Assembly: GCA_034723395.1 (NCBI GenBank)
Contig: JAYEOW010000001.1
Span: forward strand, 1-23,040
Source of the DNA: Candidatus Margulisiibacteriota bacterium
GTDB taxonomy: Bacteria > Margulisbacteria > WOR-1 > O2-12-FULL-45-9
Reading direction: 5' to 3'
Length of the DNA stretch: 23,040 nucleotides
Shown here: in pieces, positions 8,908 to 16,330 of the stretch
How the letters are laid out: every line of letters begins with the position of its first letter
Position numbering within the stretch: position 1 is the stretch's first letter
Made by a program: the position numbers and the translations under genes
Notes under the pieces: generated by a model
Told to the model about the DNA's origin: nothing
The model's input: only the letters and a program-made list of their open reading frames with translations
The model's database searches: none

Positions 8908-10343
8908 ATCCTCCACCCTTTGATCGATTTATCCTGACGATAATACAATTTTAAGTATTCTGCAAGATTTTTATAGTAAACTTCTTTATTAACCCAAATA
9001 ATATATTTCGGCCGGTTCGCTTTTAACTCCTTAAGCATCTCAATACGCCGGGCTTTATTATGAAAAAGTGGATAATAGTATATAAAGCGCGATGCCGACG
9101 CTCTATTCGAATAAAAATAGACCTCCGGCTCCGCCCCCCAGATGAATACTTTTTGATCAGGTTTGGTATTTTTTTCCACAAATGCTGCTACCTCTTTAGC
9201 TACCACAAAATTATTAATACCATATTTTCTAATTGATATATTATCCGGCGAAGCTGTATAAAAATCCTTCTCATAAGAAATGGTCATCCCCGCCATGATA
9301 AAGGTGATCATTAAAATGAAAACTTTGAACTGATTATGTTTCAAGTTAATGATCACCAACGCTGAGAGGAACGAAAGCCCCGGAATCGCCTGAATAAAAT
9401 AATGACCGTAAAAGACCTTGCCCAAGATAACCCCAACGATCGAAAAGAGCGCCCAGAATCCAATCAGGAGGTTCTTATCGCTTCTCTCCCGCATAATAAT
9501 GAATAATAGGGCGATAATCGATAAAAACCAAAGGATCAAATTCTCATTTATTACAACTTTGTAGAACTGGGCCCATTGCCACGGCTGATGCGACAGGTAA
9601 CCGACATTTTCCAGGAACATAACATTAATAAATTCCGGCAAGGCATTGTTCAACCAAAAATAGAGTGTAAATAAAAGAGGAAAGATTGCAAATCCTGCAA
9701 GCAACCTCACCCCTTTCTTGCGCCTTCGGCGCAATTCATTCCCCTCTCCATCTTCGATGGAGAGGGGTGGCACGAACGAAGTGAGTGACGGGGTAAGGAC
9801 AACAAAGAAAAACAATGCTAAGAAATTCAAAAAAGCCACCTGCTTGATCATTACCGCCAAACCAGAAAATAATCCAGCCCAGAATAAATCCCATTTATTA
9901 TTTGATCGAATTGCAAAAAATAACGCTAGAAGGATCGGCAGCACCAAAAAGGTTTCAGTATTTGCCGAGGTCCCCTGAATCAAAGCTCCACCTGAAAAAA
10001 CCGCGTAGAAAAAGGCAGAAAGTAATCCACCAACCCTCCCCCATAATTTCGAACCGATTAGGAACATAATAAAAGTAAGGATCAAACTATAAAATAAGGT
10101 GAAATATCGGATACTCGCCGCGCTCTCACCGAAAAGTTTAAATATCCCCGCATAGATAAAATAGATCGCGGGCGGTTTATGGTCGTAGATATCACGATAC
10201 GGGACCTGGCCAACCGCCATCCTTTGAGCAATATAGGCATACGCCCCTTCATCCCGTTCCAACGGTTCCCCCAAAAAAGGGACCCGGAGAAATATTTGAA
10301 GCACCATGATCAGTAAAAGAATAATAATTGTTCTGTTTTTCAT
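8889..10343 (-). CDS. GT-C membrane glycosyltransferase (ArnT/PMT-like) with a palindromic insertion
   Basis: ERDEGAY, DHKPP, NTETF, multiple TM helices, soluble C-terminal domain. ATG 10343 overlaps the upstream TGA (ATGA). Confidence 0.85.
   Translation of the reverse strand: MKNRTIIILLLIMVLQIFLRVPFLGEPLERDEGAYAYIAQRMAVGQVPYRDIYDHKPPAIYFIYAGIFKLFGESAASIRYFTLFYSLILTFIMFLIGSKLWGRVGGLLSAFFYAVFSGGALIQGTSANTETFLVLPILLALFFAIRSNNKWDLFWAGLFSGLAVMIKQVAFLNFLALFFFVVLTPSLTSFVPPLSIEDGEGNELRRRRKKGVRLLAGFAIFPLLFTLYFWLNNALPEFINVMFLENVGYLSHQPWQWAQFYKVVINENLILWFLSIIALLFIIMRERSDKNLLIGFWALFSIVGVILGKVFYGHYFIQAIPGLSFLSALVIINLKHNQFKVFILMITFIMAGMTISYEKDFYTASPDNISIRKYGINNFVVAKEVAAFVEKNTKPDQKVFIWGAEPEVYFYSNRASASRFIYYYPLFHNKARRIEMLKELKANRPKYIIWVNKEVYYKNLAEYLKLYYRQDKSIKGWRIWQRLS
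9705..9798. repeat. Multi-hairpin palindromic element inside the GT-C gene
   Basis: Terminal IR CCTCACCCC/GGGGTAAGG (1 mismatch); hairpins TTGCGCC-ttc-GGCGCAA (9718-9734) and CCCCTCTCCATC-ttc-GATGGAGAGGGG (9741-9767). Confidence 0.88.
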
Positions 10344-11551
10344 GCTAAATTGCTTACAAACCATTTTGCCAGCCTGATCGAAGCATTTATCCCTCTATCC
10401 TGCGGGTAGATCTGAGTGTTAGAGACCAGAAAGAGATCCTTTGCAATATGAAAAGATGGTATTTTTTTAGAATATCCCAGAGTAGGGATTGGTTGCGCAT
10501 ATTTTGCGCGGAAAACCGAATAACCGGACAGATTTTTATCTTCAAATTCAGGATTGATCGTTTTCAATCCCTCAAGATAGCGCCGATAGATCTCCTGATC
10601 GCTCATTTTCCACTCCGGTCCTTCATGACCAACATAGCTTGAAAGATAGACAACCCGATATCCGCCGTAACCGGAATCGTCGAAGGCGTTGGTCTGTTCC
10701 ACCATCACACAAAAAGGGAGATTATTATCTCCGATATTAGTCCAATAATAGTTAGTCACCGGACACCTTGTTTTTACCATTACACAAATATTTCCGGCAT
10801 ACTTAATATCCTTGCCCGGATAAAGATCAGGAGCTGTAATAATTGTCATATCAAATCCGGAGACCGGATAAGCATCTACCCTCGAATTAAGTTTTATCTC
10901 CCCCCCCATCTTTGTAACCCGATCGGCCAGCGCATCGATTAAAACCTTATAGCCCCCTTTTAAATAACCGAGCTTTTCACACAATCCAAAACGGCTGCGC
11001 GATTTCGCCCGGGCGATTATTCTCGCCCACACCCATGAGGCCGGGATCTCGTCCGCCTGCTCGCCAAACTTGGCATATAATAACGGACTCCATACTTTTT
11101 CGCATATTCGCTTCCCCAAATTATTGGTTAACCAATCAACCGCGCTGATCTTTTCCAGCGGACGCCAATCGGCGATCCTTTTTGCCTTAATGCTAAAAAG
11201 CCCGAGTTTTATCCGATCGGCAATCGGCAATGGAGGGAAAGATAACAGGTCTAAAGGGGTAGTAAAAGGATAAATTCGGTTCCCGGAAAAGAATCCCATC
11301 TTTGGATAAGCCCAATATAATTTATCCGAAATTCCAAGTTCGCTTAAGAGCTGGACCGCCTGCTTATCTTGCGAGAAAAAATGATGGTAGAACTTTTCAA
11401 GGTAACTATTCTCAAATTTAAAACCGGCAGCTAGCCCCCCCAATTGTTCTTGACGCTCAAAGATTGTGGCTTTAATCCCTTTTTTCAGCAAGAAATAAGC
11501 GGTGGTAAGCCCGGTAATCCCTCCGCCAATAATAGCCGCGCTCTTTTTCAT
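10340..11551 (-). CDS. FAD-dependent oxidoreductase (protoporphyrinogen oxidase/amine oxidase-like fold)
   Basis: IIGGGITGLTTA, FERQEQLGGLA, LEKFYHHFF, LGYLKGG, AQPI, IYPQDRGIN. Confidence 0.85.
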   Translation of the reverse strand: MKKSAAIIGGGITGLTTAYFLLKKGIKATIFERQEQLGGLAAGFKFENSYLEKFYHHFFSQDKQAVQLLSELGISDKLYWAYPKMGFFSGNRIYPFTTPLDLLSFPPLPIADRIKLGLFSIKAKRIADWRPLEKISAVDWLTNNLGKRICEKVWSPLLYAKFGEQADEIPASWVWARIIARAKSRSRFGLCEKLGYLKGGYKVLIDALADRVTKMGGEIKLNSRVDAYPVSGFDMTIITAPDLYPGKDIKYAGNICVMVKTRCPVTNYYWTNIGDNNLPFCVMVEQTNAFDDSGYGGYRVVYLSSYVGHEGPEWKMSDQEIYRRYLEGLKTINPEFEDKNLSGYSVFRAKYAQPIPTLGYSKKIPSFHIAKDLFLVSNTQIYPQDRGINASIRLAKWFVSNLA

Positions 11552-11560
11552 GACTCACCA

Positions 11561-11577
11561 ATTATATCTGATATAAT
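11561..11577. promoter_or_regulatory. Bidirectional palindromic -10 pair between divergent genes
   Basis: ATTATATC-T-GATATAAT is a perfect 8-bp inverted repeat that gives TATAAT on both strands. On + it is TGnTATAAT, 7 nt before ATG 11585; on - it is 9 nt before ATG 11551. Confidence 0.7.
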
Positions 11578-11584
11578 AGTCAGG

Positions 11585-12736
11585 ATGAAAGCGTTATTTG
11601 TTAATCCAAACTGGAAAGAGCTGGTCAGCAAAAAGGAAAAACTGGTCAATCGTCCCTGGCCACCGCTTGACCTCCTAAATTATGCGGCAACTTTCCCCGA
11701 AAGTGAAATCCTGGACTTGCGCGCCAAGAATAGACCCTTGGAATATATCAATAATAAGATACGCGAAAGCGATACCGTCTATATCACTTCATCGCCGATG
11801 GACCGCTGGCAGTGCCCCAACCTTGGAATAGATGATTTTGTCCAATTTATAAACTCGCTGGTTGATAAGGAAAAAATCCATCTGCTCGGAGTCCTTCCTT
11901 TGCTATATCCAGAAAAGCTCCTGCAGAAGACTAAGGTAAAGGGGATCGTTAAAGCGCTTGCCGAAGGCCCTCTCCCCGCTTATGAAAAGATAGATCTTGA
12001 TAATTATCATTACGAATTGATGGGTGGTCGCTTCGCCATCCTAGAAACTGCCCGCGGTTGCCCATACCAGTGCTCATTCTGCTTAAAAATCATGTACGGG
12101 GACAAGGTTATCAAGAAAGACATCCAAAAAGTAAAAGAGGAGATCGATCTATTGGTTAAATTGGGCGCGAAAAATATATATTTTATCGACCTCGAATTAA
12201 CCATCGAAAAAGAACGGGTGAGAGCGATCGCTAATTATATCATTGAAAAAGAATATAAGTTTAACTGGTGCTGCCAGACCAGGGCGGACGCAATTGACCG
12301 GGAACTTCTGGCATTGATGAAAAGCTCCGGCTGTAAACTGATCCACTTTGGGATTGAATCGGGATCGCAAAGGGTGCTCGATTCAACAAACAAGAAAATA
12401 TCGATACAAAAAATTCGGTTAGGGATAAAATTAACCAAAGAAGCAGGGATTAAAACTGCCGGATTCTTTATGTTCGGCTTTCCTGGAGAGACTAAACAAG
12501 AAATGGAACAAACCATTGAATTCGCTAAAGAGTTGGACGTTGATTACGCCTCTTTTCACGCCGTCATCCCTTACCCGGGGACAAAAATAACTAAAGCGCC
12601 GGATGAATCGGTCTCAAAATTAGTAAAAAAAGCTTATATAAATTTCTATTTTAGGCCAATTCGGATCATTTCCGCATTACTGAGGCCGAAACTCCTTTTT
12701 AATCAGGTCAAATTGTTTTATAATTTTATTAGATGA
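11585..12736 (+). CDS. Radical SAM protein, B12-binding-domain (class B-like) family
   Basis: ETARGCPYQCSFC (CxxxCxxC), WCCQTRAD, FGIESGSQ, FMFGFPGET, PYPGT. Start moved to ATG 11585 (MKALFVNP) because the longer ORF overlaps the divergent gene. Confidence 0.88.
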   Translation: MKALFVNPNWKELVSKKEKLVNRPWPPLDLLNYAATFPESEILDLRAKNRPLEYINNKIRESDTVYITSSPMDRWQCPNLGIDDFVQFINSLVDKEKIHLLGVLPLLYPEKLLQKTKVKGIVKALAEGPLPAYEKIDLDNYHYELMGGRFAILETARGCPYQCSFCLKIMYGDKVIKKDIQKVKEEIDLLVKLGAKNIYFIDLELTIEKERVRAIANYIIEKEYKFNWCCQTRADAIDRELLALMKSSGCKLIHFGIESGSQRVLDSTNKKISIQKIRLGIKLTKEAGIKTAGFFMFGFPGETKQEMEQTIEFAKELDVDYASFHAVIPYPGTKITKAPDESVSKLVKKAYINFYFRPIRIISALLRPKLLFNQVKLFYNFIR

Positions 12737-13419
12737 GACCATTTTGCATAAACATCCCGATCTATAATGAAGAGGCGATCCTGGTTAAGAATATTGAACG
12801 CTTGATCGATTTTTTGGATAAACTAAAGACTGATTATGAGATCATTATCGTAAGCAATGGATCCACCGACAAAAGCATCCTTCTGGGAGAAGGTTTGCAG
12901 GACAAACATTCCCGGGTAAAATTTTTCTCTTTGCCCAAAAAAGGGGTTGGCCGCGCTTTTCGAACAGCAGTTGAAGCCGCAAAGTATGGCCATATCATCT
13001 CATTAGACGCAGATCTCTCAGTCGATCTTTCATTCATCAAGGAAGCAAATACTCTGCTTGAAAATAATGTAATGGTAATCGGCTCAAAGATCATGGGCAG
13101 TCAAAAGAGGAGTTTTATGCGGAAGATCGGGAGCGGCATCTATATTTATTTTACCAAACTCTTTTTCCGCGTATCGCTGCACGATTTTTCGATCGGGGCC
13201 AAGGGATTCCAGCGCGGATTTGTTTTAAAGAATATCGAAGCGATTGACCAGCATACCAGCTATGTCTTAAATCTCGCCCACGCCGCTACCCGGGAAGGAG
13301 AAAAAGTAACTGAGATCCCGATAAAGTGTATAGACCTTCGCAGAAGCAGGTTTAATCTTTTAACCGAAGCGCTCTATCGCTTCAGCATGCTTTTTAAATT
13401 GGCCCTGCGTAAGAAGTAG
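12733..13419 (+). CDS. Glycosyltransferase family 2
   Basis: IPIYNEE, SNGSTD, GVGRA, LDADL (DxD), IGSK. ATGA overlap with the radical SAM gene. Confidence 0.88.
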   Translation: MRPFCINIPIYNEEAILVKNIERLIDFLDKLKTDYEIIIVSNGSTDKSILLGEGLQDKHSRVKFFSLPKKGVGRAFRTAVEAAKYGHIISLDADLSVDLSFIKEANTLLENNVMVIGSKIMGSQKRSFMRKIGSGIYIYFTKLFFRVSLHDFSIGAKGFQRGFVLKNIEAIDQHTSYVLNLAHAATREGEKVTEIPIKCIDLRRSRFNLLTEALYRFSMLFKLALRKK

Positions 13420-15431
13420 GCCCCGACAAATATCCAGCCAAAGAAAGAGATAACCTCGCCGGCATAATTATATTTACTCTTGCAAAAGGTCAGCTTTACA
13501 TTTTTCTGCTTCGGGTAAACCAGCATGAATGTCGGCGCAGTTAAATATATCCGATCCGCCCCCGCAACCCTCCAGTTTGGATGGTACGATACTTTGATAA
13601 TATGCGGATGGCCGATCAGTGAAGTTTCAAACTCGATCGTTTCAGCTCCAATTTTCTCCGAGATCTTATAACGGGGAACGCTTAAGGGTTTCTGTTGTAC
13701 TTTAACTGCGTCTTTAGTCCTTAATTTAAAACGGGAACGATCCCCTTTCCCCTTTATTACCGGCACATTTTGTATTTCCGGCACTTTAAACCAGGCATAA
13801 AAATCCTTTTTCCAATTTTTACCGGTATAGATATTCGGTTCGTATCTGGCAGGTACTACATGACGCGGATCGCTCCCGACCACTTTATAAATGCTACAAT
13901 CCCCAAATTTCTTCTGGAACCTAAATTCCGGCCTCCCTTTGATCGTTTTTTTTACTTTATCACTTCTTACAATAAATTGCGTGACCGCAAAATCCCTCAA
14001 ATGCTGAGCACCGTTCTCCAAGTTGAACGGTGAGACCAGATAGCTCCAAAAAGGCGCGGAAACATCCTTGGATATCTCTGATTGAATATAAAAGACAAAC
14101 GGGCCGGTGATCGAAGACTGCATATACAATCCTTCAAGCGTATCTCTGCCCGAAAACATCTTCAATGATTCAAATATCCTTTGTGTCCCGAGCGATTCAT
14201 AAGCTATCGCATTCTCATAAACTACCCTCCCCCCATCATCACTCTCCCTCAGGTAATCAAACATATCTTTAACTTTTGGCCAGGTCTCCTTCTGTTCAAA
14301 CCCTGAATAATTCCAATCGATCCAATTCTTTATATAATTTGAATTTTCATTGACCCATAGAAAAGTGACCAAGACGAGAATGGCCGGGATAAGAGGTGAG
14401 TATCTGAGTTTTGCCGAGACTGTTCCAATCCCGATCGCTCCAATAATGGTCAAAAACAGCTGGGAAAAGGTTAAAAAACGGATATCGACCAGGCCAACTT
14501 TTGGCCCGGCAAAGTATAATATGCCCGCCATTAGAAGGATGAAAGCGAAAAAGAGCGTTCTTCGCTCTTTGATAAATGCAACCAGGCTAAAAATAGAAAG
14601 GATAAAGAAAGGAATTAAGATCGGTGGGAAGATCTCCCAGATCGAACCGAAAGCCCAAACAATGTGGAAAGGGGTGACAAAAGGAATATTTGCAATAAAT
14701 GGAAGCAGCCAAAAGGCGAGAAGGATCCCACCTAAGGCCCCAACTTTAAAAAGGTACCAGATATTTTTTAAAAATGGCCGGCTGCTGAATATATAAAACA
14801 ATGAGAGAAAAACAAAAAAGACCAGGGTATAGCCGTGGCTGAATCCCATCAGGAAAAAGAGAAAGGCATTTAACACTACCCACTTATTCTCTTTTACCCC
14901 TTGATATACGGTTGCTAAAAAAACCATAAAGATTGCCAAACTAAAAGAGAACGAAAATTCACCCGCCAGGGTACTCGGGATGTTGCCGCCCCACATCGAA
15001 TTATTCTCATTAAAAAGAAAAGCAAGCGAAAATATTGCCCCTAACACAGGAACGGGGAACGAATAGCGTAAGATCTTAAACATCAGATAGACCGAAAGCG
15101 GCAAAAGGAAGGTTCCCAGCACGGTGATCAGCTTAAAACTTACCTGAAGCGGGATAATATAACCGAGCAACGCCATAAAGATAAAGGTCAAGGGAAAATA
15201 GTGGTAGAAAACGGGAAATCCGCAATAATTCGCCTGCATCCACCCCATAACCTCTAATTTAGGAAGAAGAACCTCTTTTAGATATTGTGCCGTATAGTAA
15301 TGGGATGCGGTATCTCCCCCCGTAGTAATTGTTTTTAAAAACAGAAGGCTCGGCTTAAAAAAGGTAAACAAGAAAATCCAGATAAATAGAACAATTAAAA
15401 TATCAATGATTAGCTGTTTATTTACCTTCAA
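13374..15431 (-). CDS. Polytopic membrane protein, GT-C-like (YfhO / 'PTPS-related membrane protein' type)
   Basis: TM + GGDTASHY, W...GFPVFYHYFPL, many TM helices, large soluble domain, SYHPNWR and a final TM helix. Start uncertain (TTG 15431 or 15458). Confidence 0.7.
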   Translation of the reverse strand: MKVNKQLIIDILIVLFIWIFLFTFFKPSLLFLKTITTGGDTASHYYTAQYLKEVLLPKLEVMGWMQANYCGFPVFYHYFPLTFIFMALLGYIIPLQVSFKLITVLGTFLLPLSVYLMFKILRYSFPVPVLGAIFSLAFLFNENNSMWGGNIPSTLAGEFSFSFSLAIFMVFLATVYQGVKENKWVVLNAFLFFLMGFSHGYTLVFFVFLSLFYIFSSRPFLKNIWYLFKVGALGGILLAFWLLPFIANIPFVTPFHIVWAFGSIWEIFPPILIPFFILSIFSLVAFIKERRTLFFAFILLMAGILYFAGPKVGLVDIRFLTFSQLFLTIIGAIGIGTVSAKLRYSPLIPAILVLVTFLWVNENSNYIKNWIDWNYSGFEQKETWPKVKDMFDYLRESDDGGRVVYENAIAYESLGTQRIFESLKMFSGRDTLEGLYMQSSITGPFVFYIQSEISKDVSAPFWSYLVSPFNLENGAQHLRDFAVTQFIVRSDKVKKTIKGRPEFRFQKKFGDCSIYKVVGSDPRHVVPARYEPNIYTGKNWKKDFYAWFKVPEIQNVPVIKGKGDRSRFKLRTKDAVKVQQKPLSVPRYKISEKIGAETIEFETSLIGHPHIIKVSYHPNWRVAGADRIYLTAPTFMLVYPKQKNVKLTFCKSKYNYAGEVISFFGWIFVGAYFLRRANLKSMLKR

Positions 15432-16326
15432 CTTTTTTCTTTCCCGCAAATTGTGCAAATATAAAAAAGAGGACCATTAAAATCATGGCCGCAATTATGA
15501 GCAAATAATTGATGCCAAAAAGTGTTTTTTCTTCTTTTACAGTAATTATCCCGGGAGTAATATTCGTCTTATGGGCCCCGTCCTGCTCATATTCTGATAT
15601 CGCAAAAACCTGATAGCTGCTCCCGCTTAGGGCGGAAAAATTTTCGAGCGGGAATCGGATCTCTTTTTTCGATTTCCCCGGCAGATCAAAGGTAAAAGGC
15701 CCCTCCTTAACCGTCAATTCGCGCGGAACGGCCAAACAGGTCGTGATCTTTTTTGTGCTCTTTTCAATGTTCCGCAAAGTCAGCTTAAGCGCCCCCTCTT
15801 TCCATAATTTTGTATTCCCCATTTTCCCAAAGATCGATCCCGGCGCACCTTTTGTCTTAAAAGGGAATACCTGGCAGGTCAGCGCGGAAAATGGATACTG
15901 GTTTGCATCCGCATAATGCATCAGCAGGGTTAAGGGGTACTCACCGGGAGATTTAAATCTTAGCCTTACCGGCAGATTTGATTGATAGCTTTCATTTACC
16001 CCCAGCTCCCCCACTTTTTTTAACAGGAACTTTTTACCGCCGACCGCAATTTCCCCTTGAACATTATAAGCAGCTTCATCCCCCTTATTGATCACGTTCA
16101 CATCCACCAAGATAGTGTTGCTTACAATTTCAGAAGAGAGTTTTGTTTCAAGCGAGATGTAACCGGCGAAAGAGGGAAAAGCTAAAAATAAAAGAATAGT
16201 AATACCTAATAAGACCCTCACCCAACTTCTTCTTAGTCCCCCAATTATCCTATTCGTCCCTCTCCCACAGGGAGAGGGAGTAGAAGAATAAATATTGGTA
16301 AATAAATACTTGGGTAAGGGTAACAT
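15418..16326 (-). CDS. Exported, C-terminally anchored beta-rich protein of unknown function with a palindromic insertion in the signal peptide
   Basis: h-region LLGITILLFLAFPSFA, Ig-like-looking segments (VNVINKGDEAAYNV; LTLRN), C-terminal TM helix with basic tail. Confidence 0.7.
   Translation of the reverse strand: MLPLPKYLFTNIYSSTPSPCGRGTNRIIGGLRRSWVRVLLGITILLFLAFPSFAGYISLETKLSSEIVSNTILVDVNVINKGDEAAYNVQGEIAVGGKKFLLKKVGELGVNESYQSNLPVRLRFKSPGEYPLTLLMHYADANQYPFSALTCQVFPFKTKGAPGSIFGKMGNTKLWKEGALKLTLRNIEKSTKKITTCLAVPRELTVKEGPFTFDLPGKSKKEIRFPLENFSALSGSSYQVFAISEYEQDGAHKTNITPGIITVKEEKTLFGINYLLIIAAMILMVLFFIFAQFAGKKKVEGK
16214..16321. repeat. 108-nt palindromic element, same type as 9705-9798
   Basis: Terminal IR ACCCTCACCCAA/TTGGGTAAGGGT (1 mismatch); central hairpin TCCCTCTCCC-aca-GGGAGAGGGA (16257-16279). 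Confidence 0.85.
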
Positions 16327-16330
16327 CCCA

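Noticed and set aside
9741..9767. Strong hairpin as a rho-independent terminator (likewise 16257-16279)
   Set aside because: Intragenic, no adjacent U-tract, and enclosed in larger terminal inverted repeats.
9718..9978. Plus-strand ORF starting within the palindromic element
   Set aside because: Antisense shadow of the GT-C gene with no recognisable motifs or SD.
11444..11584. N-terminal extension of the radical SAM ORF
   Set aside because: It overlaps the divergent oxidoreductase gene; ATG 11585 gives a typical MKALFVNP start.
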